Notes under the pieces: model-generated
What the model saw: the letters and a program-made list of their open reading frames with translations, nothing else
What the model was told of the DNA's origin: nothing
Databases searched by the model: none
Program-made: the position numbers and the translations under genes
Assembly (NCBI GenBank): GCA_044344255.1
Contig: JBIJDH010000028.1
Location: forward strand, 13,423 to 77,422
Reading direction: 5' to 3'
Origin: Myxococcota bacterium
GTDB taxonomy: Bacteria; Myxococcota_A; UBA796; UBA2385
DNA length: 64,000 nt
Part shown: positions 1 through 10,167 of the stretch, in pieces
How the letters are laid out: each line of letters starts with the position of its first letter
How positions within the stretch are numbered: the stretch's first letter is position 1

Positions 1-489
1 GTGTGGTCGTCGCTCTGGAACAACCGCGCCTGGGAGGAGCGGGCCTGGTACGGCATTGACCCGAGCAAGGTCGCGATGGGCGTCCTCTGCAACACCCGAT
101 CCAACGATGAGCAGGCCAACGCCGTCGCCTTCTCGGGCAACCCCTCCACCGACGGCGACGACCGCTACCTCGTCAACGCCCAGGAGGGGGAGATCGAGGT
201 CGTCTCTGCCGATCCCGGTGTCACCCCCGAGCGCGACCTGCTCACCGTCGTAGACGGTGAGGTCACCGAGATCCTGCGCTCCAGCGCCAGCTCCGAGATC
301 CCGGCCGGCGAGTACGTGCTCACGGACGCCGAGCTGATGGAGCTCGGTGGCTTGCTCTTCGAGGCGGGCGTGGTCTTTCCCTTCGACGACGTCGTGCCCG
401 ACGACCGCGACCTCCTCTGGGACACCGAGTGGAAGTTCGACTCGGACGGCCAGATGAAGATCAAGCAGATCCGCCCCTATCTCCGCTGA
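1..489 (+). CDS. C-terminal part of a PEP/pyruvate-binding (PPDK_N-like) domain protein, truncated by the window edge
   Basis: WSSLWN.RA.EER...GID...VAMGVL, ANAVAF.GNP and DTEWKF...IKQIRP match the end of the PEP-synthase/PPDK nucleotide-binding domain. Confidence 0.6.
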   Translation: MWSSLWNNRAWEERAWYGIDPSKVAMGVLCNTRSNDEQANAVAFSGNPSTDGDDRYLVNAQEGEIEVVSADPGVTPERDLLTVVDGEVTEILRSSASSEIPAGEYVLTDAELMELGGLLFEAGVVFPFDDVVPDDRDLLWDTEWKFDSDGQMKIKQIRPYLR

Positions 490-577
490 GCCCCGCTCCA
501 CACCGCCGCGCCGCCCGGCCGAGCCGCCTCCCTTGCCCGCTGAACCCGCTGAACCCGCCGATCCGTCGAGAGTCCTG

Positions 578-1711
578 ATGTACCGATTCCGCCGCCCCTC
601 CCCGCTCTTCTTCGGGCTCACCCTCGTCCTCGCCAGCCTCGGCGCCTGCGGCGACAAGGCGGAGGAGGCCGAAGAGGGGGACGCCGACACCGACGCCGAC
701 ACCGACGCCGATACGGACGCCGACTCGGACGCGGACGCGGACGCCGACTCGGACGCGGACGCGGACGCCGATACGGACGCCGACGCCGACGTCGAGCCCA
801 CGCCCTCCCCTTGGGCGGAGTGCCCCGACAACCGCGCCTGGGAGGGTGACACCACCTGGGCGGGCCGGATGGAGGCCTCGGACGCCGCGATCTACTGCGG
901 CACCTTCAACGAGTTCCGAACCTTGAAGGAGGACCTCTCCGCGAAGACCCTGTTCGGCATCCCCGTCGGCGACTACCCGCTCCCCACCGTCGCCGGCACC
1001 TACAGCCTCACCGTCCCCGTCTGCACCCGCACCGCCGAGGGCGTGGCCGGCCCCGTGCTCGACGGGACGGGCAGCACCACCGCCAGCCCGACCAGCGTCG
1101 GTGGCACCACCTACACCTACCTCGCGGGGAGCCAGCCCCTCGCGGACTCCGGCGGCGGCGCCTGGAAGCTCGACCACACCATCGTGCTGGTCGGGCCCGA
1201 GGGGGAGGCGCCGGCCCCGGTCATCGCCGACGGCGGCCCCAGCGACCCCTCCACCGGATCCGGGCTCTCGTTTGTGATGTACCCGAGCGCCGGCTCGCCC
1301 TGGGACGCCACGAGCGTGACCTTCGCGCCCTGCATGATCGACACCTGGACAAAGAACGACCACACCATCGTCTTCGACGGCGGCGAGGTCCACTTCGAGC
1401 TCTGGCTCGGTGAGAACACGGTCGCCACCGCGCCGGGCAACCTCGTGCGCGCCAACGGCACACTCGACGGCACGGCCTTCGACGTCGCGAGCTACTACCA
1501 GCTCCCCTACCGCCCCGGTCATCACCACTTCATCCGCGACTTCGGCGTGGTCTTCGACAGCCCGATCGGCGCGTTCTGCGGCCTCACGGTCACCGGCGTC
1601 ATCCCCGAAGAGGCCCCGCCGGCCGCGGTGGTCACCCTGACCGACTGCGCCCTCGACGCCGTCGAGGAGCGGAGCTTCACCAGCCAGACCCTCGTCATCG
1701 GGGCCGAGTGA
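578..1711 (+). CDS. hypothetical lipoprotein with acidic D-A-D-T/S repeat linker
   Basis: ATG at 578, signal peptide ending LGAC, DADTDAD repeat, then a Cys-containing globular region. Confidence 0.7.
   Translation: MYRFRRPSPLFFGLTLVLASLGACGDKAEEAEEGDADTDADTDADTDADSDADADADSDADADADTDADADVEPTPSPWAECPDNRAWEGDTTWAGRMEASDAAIYCGTFNEFRTLKEDLSAKTLFGIPVGDYPLPTVAGTYSLTVPVCTRTAEGVAGPVLDGTGSTTASPTSVGGTTYTYLAGSQPLADSGGGAWKLDHTIVLVGPEGEAPAPVIADGGPSDPSTGSGLSFVMYPSAGSPWDATSVTFAPCMIDTWTKNDHTIVFDGGEVHFELWLGENTVATAPGNLVRANGTLDGTAFDVASYYQLPYRPGHHHFIRDFGVVFDSPIGAFCGLTVTGVIPEEAPPAAVVTLTDCALDAVEERSFTSQTLVIGAE
680..790 (+). repeat. low-complexity coding tandem repeat (GAC GCC GAC ACC/TCG) encoding DADT/DADS
   Basis: repeat visible directly in the sequence. 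Confidence 0.9.
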
Positions 1712-3993
1712 TGATCGCCCCCCGCTCCAACCCGCCGGCCCGGCCGCGCTCCCCCCTCTGGAGCGCGCTCGCCCCCGCCGCCCTCGTGGCCCTCTTCGGC
1801 TGCGCGGCCGACCCCAAGGCCACCGAAGAGGACGCCGACAAGGACGGCTTCGGGGTGTCCGAGGACTGCAACGACGCCGACCCCGCGGTGAACCCGGGCG
1901 CCGTCGAGCTCTGTAATGAGCTCGACGACGACTGTGACAGCACCGTGGATGATGGGGTGACCACCCAAGCGTGGCCGGACGCCGACGGTGACGGCTTCGG
2001 GGTGATCGGGCGATACGTCTGGGCCTGCAGCCCCCCCGCCGGCTATGCCGCGACCAATGACGACTGTGACGACACCAACGCCAGCGTCAACCCCGCGGCC
2101 ACCGAGGTGTGCAACGGCATTGACGACAACTGCGACCTCATCTCCGACGCCGATCAGTCCTCCATCGTCTACACCGACTCCGACGGGGACGGCTACGGCG
2201 ACCCCACCACCGGCGTCGAGTCCTGCTTCGCCGAGCCGGGCCAGGTCGAAGACGGCACCGACTGCGACGACACCGACAACACCGTCAACCCCGGGGCCAG
2301 CGAGGTCTGCGGTGATGGAGACGACGACGACTGCGACGGGTACCCCGACATCGCCGGCGCCATCTCGGCCTGGTATCGCGACGACGACGGCGACGGCTAC
2401 GGTTACACGAGCACCGTCATCACCGCCTGCGACCCGCCGGAGGGCTGGGTGGAGGTCGGCGGCGACTGCAACCCGACCAACGCAGAGGCCTACCCAGGCG
2501 CCCTCGAGGTCTGTAATGACATCGACGACGACTGTAACGGGTTCGTCGATGAGATCGGTGACGTGGACGAAGACGGCTACGAAGCGTCGGACTGCGGCGG
2601 CCTGGACTGCGACGACCTCGACCCCGAGGTCCACCCTGGCGCTGAAGAGATCACCGACGACGACATCGACAACGACTGCGACGGGCACGACACCTTCGGC
2701 GGCTATGATCCCGAGTACGCCCTCTCGGTGGCCAGCGCCAAGCTCTACGCCCCCAACGCCTCGATGGACGCCGGTCGCCTGCTCGACTCCGGTGACGTAG
2801 ACGGTGATGGTTACGACGAGCTGCTCGTCGCCACCCTCTACGCCAATTCCTACAACGGCGGCGGCTACCTCGTCTACGGCTCTCCAGCGACGGGCAAGTC
2901 CTCCCTCGCCACCGCTGGAGTGCGGATCGCAGGCGTCGCCCAGACTTACGGCGCCAGCCGCTCCATCGGCCTCGGTGACGTCGATGGGGACGGCTTCGAG
3001 GACATCGGCTTCGGCGCACCCTGGGCGAGCACCCCCAACATGACAGTGCTCTACGGGCCGGTGACCGCGAGCACCACCCTCGCCTCGGCCGACGCGACCC
3101 TGCAGGGGCAGGGCAACAGCTACTTCAGCCACGGATCCGACCTCGCCGACGTGAACGGGGACGGGATCGCCGACGCGGTGATCGGCGCCTACTACACAGG
3201 CGGCGGCACCGGCACGCTCTACGTGGAGTACGGGCCCCTCTCCGGCACCATCAACATGCTCTCCGGCGCGGACGCCACCGTGACCGGCACCGCGGCCTCC
3301 GGCTACCTCGGCCGAAACCTGCGCGCCGGGGCCGACATGGACGGCGACGGCATCGGCGACATCATCGTGCCCGCCGTCTACGCCAGCGTGGGGCCCTCTC
3401 AGTCGGGCGTGACCTACGTGCTCTACGGCCCGCTCAGCGGATCGAGCACGATGGCCAGCGCAGACGGCACCTTCAGCGGTGAAGGGGCTGGGGACTACTC
3501 CGGTTACTGTGTGTCCCAGGGGGATGTGAACGGTGACGGACTCGCCGACGCCCTCATCGGCTCCTACAACAGCACCGCCGGCTCTCAGGCGGGCGCGATG
3601 TACGTCGTCTTCGGGCCGGCCTCGGGCTCCGCGTCGCTGTCCACCGCGGACGTCATCATCCGTGGAGACACGGCCAGCCAGCAGTTTGGCCTGGGCAATT
3701 GGTCGGATGACGTCGACAGCGACGGTCAGGACGAGCTCTTCGTCGGCGCGCCGGGAGACAACGGCACCGGCGGTGCCTTCCTCTTCTTCGCCCCCCTCAG
3801 CGCCGGAACCTACGCAGCCAGTGACGCCGAGGTGCACCTCACCGGTGAGCGGACGAGCGACTACGTCGGCCACGGCGTCGCCATCGGCGACTTCGACGGG
3901 GATGGCTTCGGCGACCTCGCCATGGGCGCGCTCAACGAGGCCACGGGCGGCTCCGGCGCAGGCGCCGCGTACATTCAGTTCCCATACGAGTAG
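1708..3993 (+). CDS. surface lipoprotein with MopE-like metal-binding repeats and FG-GAP (integrin-alpha-like) propeller
   Basis: lipobox LFGC; repeated DCND.D..VNPGA.E.CN..DDDC; then repeated GD.DGDG..D.....A.. FG-GAP motifs. Confidence 0.85.
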   Translation: MMIAPRSNPPARPRSPLWSALAPAALVALFGCAADPKATEEDADKDGFGVSEDCNDADPAVNPGAVELCNELDDDCDSTVDDGVTTQAWPDADGDGFGVIGRYVWACSPPAGYAATNDDCDDTNASVNPAATEVCNGIDDNCDLISDADQSSIVYTDSDGDGYGDPTTGVESCFAEPGQVEDGTDCDDTDNTVNPGASEVCGDGDDDDCDGYPDIAGAISAWYRDDDGDGYGYTSTVITACDPPEGWVEVGGDCNPTNAEAYPGALEVCNDIDDDCNGFVDEIGDVDEDGYEASDCGGLDCDDLDPEVHPGAEEITDDDIDNDCDGHDTFGGYDPEYALSVASAKLYAPNASMDAGRLLDSGDVDGDGYDELLVATLYANSYNGGGYLVYGSPATGKSSLATAGVRIAGVAQTYGASRSIGLGDVDGDGFEDIGFGAPWASTPNMTVLYGPVTASTTLASADATLQGQGNSYFSHGSDLADVNGDGIADAVIGAYYTGGGTGTLYVEYGPLSGTINMLSGADATVTGTAASGYLGRNLRAGADMDGDGIGDIIVPAVYASVGPSQSGVTYVLYGPLSGSSTMASADGTFSGEGAGDYSGYCVSQGDVNGDGLADALIGSYNSTAGSQAGAMYVVFGPASGSASLSTADVIIRGDTASQQFGLGNWSDDVDSDGQDELFVGAPGDNGTGGAFLFFAPLSAGTYAASDAEVHLTGERTSDYVGHGVAIGDFDGDGFGDLAMGALNEATGGSGAGAAYIQFPYE

Positions 3994-4075
3994 CGCCGCT
4001 CGGGCGAGCGCGGCGGGGCAACAAACGGGGTCGTCGGTCTGCTATGCTGACCGACCTCTCAGCGTGGGACCCCGC

Positions 4076-5176
4076 ATGGCCGTTCAGATCCACGAGCTCC
4101 TCACCTTCGCCGTCGAGAACCGCGCCTCGGACATCCACCTCGCGGCGGGTGAGATCCCCTGCGTGCGCATCGACGGCGAGATCCGGCGGCTCCAGCTGGC
4201 CGCGCTCTTGCCCGATGAGGCCAAACGTATGGCCTACTCGGTGATGAACGAGAAACAGAAGACGCACTTCGAGAAGAACCTGGAGATCGACTTCTCGATC
4301 GGCCTCAAGGGGCTGGCTCGTTTCCGTGTCAACGTCTTCACGCAGTCCCGCGGCGTCGGGGTCGTGCTCCGGCAGATCCCCGCCAAGGTGTTGACCCTCG
4401 AGGAGCTGAGGCTGCCGCCGATCTTCAAGCAGATCGCCGAGTACAGCAAGGGCCTCGTGCTGGTGACCGGCCCGACCGGCTCGGGCAAGTCCACCACCCT
4501 CGCCGCGATGATCGACCACATCAACAAGACGCGGTCTGAGCACATCCTGACGGTGGAGGACCCTATCGAGTTCGTCCACCAGCCGATCAAGTGCATCATC
4601 AATCAGCGGGAGGTGGGCGCCCACACCCACTCCTTCACGAACGCGCTCCGCAGCGCCCTCCGCGAAGACCCAGACGTGGTGCTGGTCGGTGAGCTGCGGG
4701 ACCTCGAGACCGTGAGCCTCGCGCTGACCGCCGCCGAGACGGGCCACCTCGTCTTCGGCACCCTGCACACCAACAGCGCGCCCGAGACCATCGACCGCGT
4801 CATCGACTCCTATCCCCACGAGCAGCAGGCCCAGGTGCGGACGATGCTCTCGACGGCCCTGATGGCCGTCATCGCCCAGCGGCTGATGCGCAAGCCCAAG
4901 GGCGGCCGCATCGCGGTGCACGAGATCATGATCGTGAACCCGGCGCTCCGCAACTTGATCCGGGAGAACAAGCTGTTTCAGATCCCGAGCCTCATGCAGG
5001 CCGGACGCGGAGAGGGCATGCAGACCTTCGACATGGCGGCGAAGGAGCTGGTCACCCGGCGGGAGATCACGGTAGAGCAGGCGATCCAGCTGACGAACAA
5101 CCCGAAGCTCTTCGACGGCGAAGACCCGGACGCCATGCGCCGCCGGGCCATCCAGAACCGCCAGATGGGCGGGTGA
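4076..5176 (+). CDS. pilT: type IV pilus retraction ATPase PilT
   Basis: ASDIHL, RFRVNVF, Walker A GPTGSGKST, EDPIE, ALREDPD, GELRD, AAETGHLVFGTLH, NLIRE; ATG at 4076. Confidence 0.93.
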   Translation: MAVQIHELLTFAVENRASDIHLAAGEIPCVRIDGEIRRLQLAALLPDEAKRMAYSVMNEKQKTHFEKNLEIDFSIGLKGLARFRVNVFTQSRGVGVVLRQIPAKVLTLEELRLPPIFKQIAEYSKGLVLVTGPTGSGKSTTLAAMIDHINKTRSEHILTVEDPIEFVHQPIKCIINQREVGAHTHSFTNALRSALREDPDVVLVGELRDLETVSLALTAAETGHLVFGTLHTNSAPETIDRVIDSYPHEQQAQVRTMLSTALMAVIAQRLMRKPKGGRIAVHEIMIVNPALRNLIRENKLFQIPSLMQAGRGEGMQTFDMAAKELVTRREITVEQAIQLTNNPKLFDGEDPDAMRRRAIQNRQMGG

Positions 5177-5184
5177 GCCGCCCC

Positions 5185-5406
5185 ATGGTGACGCCCACCC
5201 CTGTGCTCCCGCTCCGCGTCAACGGCGTCCCGGCGGAGGCACAGCCCGGCGAGACCGTGCTCGCCTTGCTGCAGCGCCTCGGCCTCCACCGGGAGGGCGT
5301 GGCCGTGGCCGTCAACATGCAGGTGGTGCCGCGCGGCCAGCACGCCAGCCGCCAGCTCGAGGCCGGCGACCGGGTCGAGGTCATCCAGGCGGTCGGCGGC
5401 GGCTGA
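5185..5406 (+). CDS. thiS: sulfur carrier protein ThiS
   Basis: small protein with VNG, VAVAVN..VVPR, GDRVEVI and C-terminal AVGGG. Confidence 0.88.
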   Translation: MVTPTPVLPLRVNGVPAEAQPGETVLALLQRLGLHREGVAVAVNMQVVPRGQHASRQLEAGDRVEVIQAVGGG

Positions 5407-5415
5407 GCGCGCCCC

Positions 5416-7296
5416 TCAGAACTGCGCGCGGACCGTGCCGCCAGACGTGACCGTCACCGACTGCGAGGCGTCCACCCCGGCGTCCGCGTTGACGACGCGG
5501 ATGGTGTGCGTGCCAGCGGGGAGGGTGAGCGAGGTGGGGGCGTCCTTGCCGGTGTCCTTGCCGTCCACGAAGACACGGCCCCAGCCCTTCATGCCCACGG
5601 CCACCTTGCCGGGCTCGGCGGGGGCGGCCTTCTTCTCTTCGACCTTCTTCTCCTCTCGCTTCTCCGGCGGCGGGGCCTGCTCGGGCGGAGGCGCGGCGGC
5701 GGTCTCCGACTTCTTCTCGCTCACCGAGGTCTTCTCGGCCCTGTCATCCTTGAGCGGCGCCGGGGCTTCGCCCTCCTTGACGAGGGCGACCGGCATGCGG
5801 AGCACCTCGCCCGCGGGGACGTTGATGGCGTCCTCATAGGGCTTGTAGCCGGGGGCCTCGACGCGGAGGCCGAGATCGACGCCGGGCTGGATCTCCTTCG
5901 AGAGGAAGCTCCCGGTGGCCGAGCCGGCCACCTTCCCGCCGATCAGCACCTTCACCGCCACGTCGGCGGGGGTGATCCGGAGCTGAAGCGTGCCGGTGGT
6001 GGGCTCGGCGACGGCGACGGGCTCAGGCGAGGGCTTGGGGGCGGGCGTGGTATCCCGCGTCAGCCAGACCGCGGCCGCCACCGCGACCACGAGCCCCATA
6101 CCGAGCACCGCCAGCACCGCGATCACCCAGGGCAGGCGCGACGGGGCGGTCTGGATGGTCGGGGTGCCGGCGCTGGCGCCCTCCTTCCAATCCTCGTCGA
6201 GGTCGATCTCCGGCTCCTGCTCCCACATCTCGTTGGCGAGCCGGGTGCCCACCTCCAGCCGGTCCCGCTCGTCGCTGATCTCCCCGGCGAAGATCTCGGC
6301 CGTGAAGTGAGAGAGGGACTCACGGATGATGTCGGGGCTGCTCGGGTAGAGGTACTCGAGGAGGGCCTGCTGGAGCTCTTTGCAGTCCGTGTAGCGGTGG
6401 TCGGGGTCGCGGGACAGCGCCCGCATCGCGATCTCTTCGAGCTTGGCCGGCACGCTCGGGTTGATGCTCGAGGGCAAGGGGACGTCGGCCGCCTTCACGC
6501 GCTCCAGCGTCTTGATCTCGGAGTCCGTCTTGAACAGACGACGGCCCGTGAGCATCTCGTGGAGGATGATACCCGTCGCGAAGATGTCACTCTTGAAGGT
6601 GACCTTCCCGCCGCTCGCCTGCTCGGGGCTCATATACTCGAACTTGCCCTTGAGCACACCGTCCTTGGTGTTGTACAGGCTGATCTGCGCCTTGGCGATC
6701 CCGAAGTCCGCGACCTTCACGTCGCCGTGGTAGGAGACGAGGATGTTCGACGGACTGATGTCGCGATGAACAATCCCCAAGGGCTCGCCCTTGAGGTTGG
6801 TCTTCTTGTGCGCAAAGTCGAGGCCCTTGCACATCTCATGGGCGATGTACGCCGCGTACTCCGGGGGCATCACCTTGCGGCGCTCAGCCAGCTTGCGGAG
6901 GATGCCCTTGACGTCCTTGCCCTCCACACACTCCATCGCGATGAAGTAGTTCTCGCGGATCTTCCCGAAGTCGTAGATCTGGACGACGTTGGGGTGCGTC
7001 AGCTCGACCGAGATCTTCGCCTCATCGATGAACATCTCGACGAAGTCTTCGTTCCCGCTCAGGTGCTGGAGGATGCGCTTGATGACCAGCAGCTTCTCGA
7101 AGCCGCGCTCGGAGAAGCTCTTGGCCTTGAAGACCTCGGCCATCCCGCCGACGGCCACCCGATCGACGAGGTAATACCGGCCGAAGGACTCCGGCTGGAA
7201 GGCCGGGTTGCCCGCGCTCTGTACGCCGCCCACCGCCCCCGACGAGGCGCCGGGAGACGGGGGAGCATCAACGGGAACCGGGTGAGGACCGGACAT
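5416..7296 (-). CDS. membrane Hanks-type Ser/Thr protein kinase with extracellular PEGA-like domains
   Basis: GGMAEVF, VIKR, HRDISPSN, DFGIAK, YMSPE; one TM helix; C-terminal PEGA-like repeats. Confidence 0.92.
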   Translation of the reverse strand: MSGPHPVPVDAPPSPGASSGAVGGVQSAGNPAFQPESFGRYYLVDRVAVGGMAEVFKAKSFSERGFEKLLVIKRILQHLSGNEDFVEMFIDEAKISVELTHPNVVQIYDFGKIRENYFIAMECVEGKDVKGILRKLAERRKVMPPEYAAYIAHEMCKGLDFAHKKTNLKGEPLGIVHRDISPSNILVSYHGDVKVADFGIAKAQISLYNTKDGVLKGKFEYMSPEQASGGKVTFKSDIFATGIILHEMLTGRRLFKTDSEIKTLERVKAADVPLPSSINPSVPAKLEEIAMRALSRDPDHRYTDCKELQQALLEYLYPSSPDIIRESLSHFTAEIFAGEISDERDRLEVGTRLANEMWEQEPEIDLDEDWKEGASAGTPTIQTAPSRLPWVIAVLAVLGMGLVVAVAAAVWLTRDTTPAPKPSPEPVAVAEPTTGTLQLRITPADVAVKVLIGGKVAGSATGSFLSKEIQPGVDLGLRVEAPGYKPYEDAINVPAGEVLRMPVALVKEGEAPAPLKDDRAEKTSVSEKKSETAAAPPPEQAPPPEKREEKKVEEKKAAPAEPGKVAVGMKGWGRVFVDGKDTGKDAPTSLTLPAGTHTIRVVNADAGVDASQSVTVTSGGTVRAQF

Positions 7297-7354
7297 CGGA
7301 TCATCCTACCGGAATGGAGCCCCATCGGTCAACCGACGGCGCGCGCCCTCGGCT

Positions 7355-7723
7355 TCAAGCACCGGTGTCATCCGCGCTGTCTTCGCCGCTGCCGGCGCCA
7401 CCGTTACCCTGGCCGAGCAGGTTCGCTTCGACCTCTTCGCAGGTCCACTCGTCCTTGAGGGTGGGGCGGAACGCCTCACACTCGGCACGGTAGTCCTCGG
7501 AGGTCGCCTTGCGGGTGTTGGACTCCATACAAGCGTCGAGATCCTCTTCGCTCACGGTGAAGCCGCACTCTTCTGCGTAGGCCGCCATGTCTTTGCACAG
7601 CTTCTGGCACTCGGTCTTGCAGCCGACGAGCGAGGACAGCGCGAGCGGCAGCAGGAGGCCGAGGCCACGGACGAGAGAGCGCCCCGAGGCGGGGGAGGCA
7701 GGGCGGTGGGGCATGTTGCGCAT
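7355..7723 (-). CDS. small Cys-rich lipoprotein
   Basis: signal ending LVGC, then C..LC......EC...C pattern and acidic tail; exact start uncertain. Confidence 0.65.
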   Translation of the reverse strand: MRNMPHRPASPASGRSLVRGLGLLLPLALSSLVGCKTECQKLCKDMAAYAEECGFTVSEEDLDACMESNTRKATSEDYRAECEAFRPTLKDEWTCEEVEANLLGQGNGGAGSGEDSADDTGA

Positions 7724-7824
7724 GGGCGCGGACTCCGGGCGAGGGGCGGATCGTCACACGAGCGCCGCGCAGGGTCAAGGCGCGAGCCCCCGGGGACCGT
7801 CGATAGACCCCGGGATCGAGCGGC

Positions 7825-8856
7825 TCAGCTCCGCTCCGCGGTCGCGCCGAGCTGATCGCGGCGGGCCTCGATCGCGCCCTTCAAGGGGCCCGAGTAGTGG
7901 GCCTGAACCGCGAAATTCACGCCTTCGTTGTAGAAGCTCCAGGCCTTCTTTTCCAGCACCGCCAGCTTCTTGCCGATCTCGGCCTCGTAGATGGGCACCT
8001 GATCGGCGGTGAGCGAGGCGGGGGGCGGCAAGGCGGCGAGATCATCGCGCAGACGGAGGTAGGCGTCCCCCACGAGGATGAGGCCCTCCAGGATCTGATC
8101 GGCCTGCCCGAGCCGGGCCGCGGCCACGACCTCCTTCTCGGCGGCGTCCATCAGCCGAGCCCGGGCGCGGAGGTGGCGCTCGCCTCGCTTCTTGTGGTTG
8201 AGGGGGAGGGCCGCCGCCGCCTCAAGGTCAGCCTGGGCCAGCGCCACGCGCCCCTTCGATCGCATCCAGGCGAGGCTGCGCTCGGACTCCGCCGCCGCCA
8301 GCGCGGCCTCGAGGTGGCGCCGCCCTCGGCGCTCCCGGCCCATGCGGAGCTCGTTGACCGCGACGCCGATGTCGAGGGTGAGGGCGTCGGCGCCCGCCCA
8401 GTCCCCACCACGCTGGAGCCGCCGGAGCTGGTCTCGGGCGCCGCGGTGCTCGCCCAGGTCTTCGAGGCAGAGCGCGCGGCGGAAGGCGGCGTCCTGCGAG
8501 CGAGCGCCCCCGGGCCAGCCCTCCAGCACGGCCTCGTAAGCGAGCACGGCCTCGAGGAAGCGGCCCTGCATCTCCGCCGAGTAGCCGACGAGGTAGACCA
8601 CCCCCTCACTCTCCCCCTCTCGGGCGCGCTCCTGCGCTGCGAGGAAGGTGAGGCGCGCGTCTGCGCCCGCGTAGTCGCCGGCTTGGATGCGCGCGGCGGC
8701 CTCCTCGAGCACAGCCTCCGGCGGCAGGCTCGCCCAGAGCTCTGGCAGGGAGCCTGCGCCCTCCACGAGCGGAGGCGCCTCGGGATCGGAGGGGAGGAGG
8801 GCAGGCTCTTCGGCGCGGGGGGCGCTCGAGAGCGCGGCGAGGAGGAGGAGGATCAT
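7825..8856 (-). CDS. exported TPR-repeat protein
   Basis: signal peptide; TPR-like helices (YEAVLEGWP...DAAFRRALCLEDLG). Confidence 0.7.
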   Translation of the reverse strand: MILLLLAALSSAPRAEEPALLPSDPEAPPLVEGAGSLPELWASLPPEAVLEEAAARIQAGDYAGADARLTFLAAQERAREGESEGVVYLVGYSAEMQGRFLEAVLAYEAVLEGWPGGARSQDAAFRRALCLEDLGEHRGARDQLRRLQRGGDWAGADALTLDIGVAVNELRMGRERRGRRHLEAALAAAESERSLAWMRSKGRVALAQADLEAAAALPLNHKKRGERHLRARARLMDAAEKEVVAAARLGQADQILEGLILVGDAYLRLRDDLAALPPPASLTADQVPIYEAEIGKKLAVLEKKAWSFYNEGVNFAVQAHYSGPLKGAIEARRDQLGATAERS

Positions 8857-8861
8857 GGGGC

Positions 8862-9941
8862 TCAGGGCTCCGGGAGGGGCTCGTTGAGGCTGACACCGGC
8901 TCCCCCGCTTTTGTTCTCGAGCGGGGCGGCCGCCGCGAGGGCCGGGGCGTCGAGGAGGGTCCAGACGAGCAGGGCGCGCACCACCTCGAGGTCTCCGAGG
9001 ACGTCCTGCGTGAGCCCTCCGACGAGGATCGCGGACAGCATCGCCTTGCCGGCGCGGCCCGTCCGCGTGGCCAGCGTGAGCAGCAGCCAGCCCCAGGCGG
9101 CGAGCCCCCCGAAGCCGCCGATCGCCCCGAGTTGGAGCAGGCTGTCGTGCGCGTGTAAGGGAAAGAAGTAGCCGGGCTCGAGCGTGTCCTGCAGGGCCGC
9201 GGCCGCCTCTCGGAAGCCGAGGGGGCCGACCCCGAGGGGCCGCTCCAGCATCAGCGTCTGGCCGGTCGCCCAGAGCAGGGCCCGCTCGTGGAGGGCGACG
9301 TCGGCGCCGAGGGCGAAGTGGCGGATGAAGCCCACGGCGACCACGAGCCCGCCCGCGAGCACCGGCCAGGGCGGTAACGCGCTGGCCAGGAGGAGCACCC
9401 CGAGCGAGAGCAGGGGCCCGCTCGAGCCCGCCGAGAGCACCCCGAGCGACAGCAGCAGGGTGAGGCCCGGCCGTCGCGCCTGGACCGCGGCGGCGAGGGG
9501 CATCAGGAGCGCGTAGCCGAGGGTGAGGTGGTGCGAGAAGGGCCCCGAGACGGGCCGCTCCCAGGGCAAGAGGCCCGACTGTCCGAGCTGGAGGGCCGCC
9601 TGGCCGAGGGCGAGGGCCGCGACGAGCCCGGCGGCGGCGAGGCCGAATCGTCGCGCCTGCTCCACCTCACCCTCGTTCAGGCGGGCCCGCAGCATCGGCA
9701 CGCTCAGGATGGGCGCCAGCGGCCACACCCGGCCCAGGGCCTCGAGGAGGCCGGCGGCCCCATGCCCGACCGCCGAGGCGAGCAGCCAGCAGGCCACGGC
9801 GAGCCCCGGGCCGGCCAGGGGCGAGGCCCGCCGGTCGCCGAAGAGCAAGGCGAGGCCGAGGGAGACGCCGGTCCCCACCTCCATCGCCGCCGTGCCGAGC
9901 GGGGTGGTGACGAGCAGCAGCAGCAGGGCGAGCCGGGCCAC
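8862..9941 (-). CDS. O-antigen ligase (Wzy_C)-like membrane protein
   Basis: multiple TM segments, R..LW......RPLGVG and HAHDSLLQ motifs; GTG at 9941 chosen as start, downstream of the ncRNA. Confidence 0.75.
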   Translation of the reverse strand: MARLALLLLLVTTPLGTAAMEVGTGVSLGLALLFGDRRASPLAGPGLAVACWLLASAVGHGAAGLLEALGRVWPLAPILSVPMLRARLNEGEVEQARRFGLAAAGLVAALALGQAALQLGQSGLLPWERPVSGPFSHHLTLGYALLMPLAAAVQARRPGLTLLLSLGVLSAGSSGPLLSLGVLLLASALPPWPVLAGGLVVAVGFIRHFALGADVALHERALLWATGQTLMLERPLGVGPLGFREAAAALQDTLEPGYFFPLHAHDSLLQLGAIGGFGGLAAWGWLLLTLATRTGRAGKAMLSAILVGGLTQDVLGDLEVVRALLVWTLLDAPALAAAAPLENKSGGAGVSLNEPLPEP

Positions 9942-9990
9942 ACGACGCCCCGGGGGCGCGGGGGGCAGGCGCCGAGAGGAGAGAGAGGTA

Positions 9991-10160
9991 CCCGCCCTGG
10001 CCGTGTCGGAGAGGAGAGCCGGACCCCCTGAAAGACAGGGGGGTCTCGGTGTCTCCGCTTCAGGGTTCCCCTCGATGGAGGCATCCCTTTCACGGAGAGG
10101 AGGTGAGTCCCGAAAGACAACACGGGGTCCGAGCACCTCGCGAAGCACGCGCCGGGCAGG
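9991..10160 (-). ncRNA. ssrS: probable 6S RNA
   Basis: 170-nt rod by hand folding: CCUGCCC/GGGCGGG, GGC/GCC, CGUG/CACG, GGACCCC/GGGGUCC closing stems; central bubble; UCGG/CCGA, UCUCCG/CGGAGA, AGGG/CCCU inner stems; apical CCUC-CAUC-GAGG; sigma70-like promoter directly upstream. Confidence 0.65.
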
Positions 10161-10167
10161 CAAAGAG

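Noticed and set aside
680..790. Possible CRISPR array from tandem repeats (also 61577..61650 and 22997..23028)
   Set aside because: These are short in-frame coding repeats or a single tandem duplication; there are no unique spacers and no cas operon
3533..4075. Upstream extensions of track ORFs (pilT; likewise the kinase at 42575, M32 at 56938, OYE at 60490, patatin to 53047)
   Set aside because: They overlap neighbouring genes; homology-like sequence begins at the internal starts reported
9942..10163. N-terminal extension of the O-antigen ligase ORF given in the track
   Set aside because: It overlaps the predicted 6S RNA and reads as non-protein-like; the GTG at 9941 precedes the first TM helix
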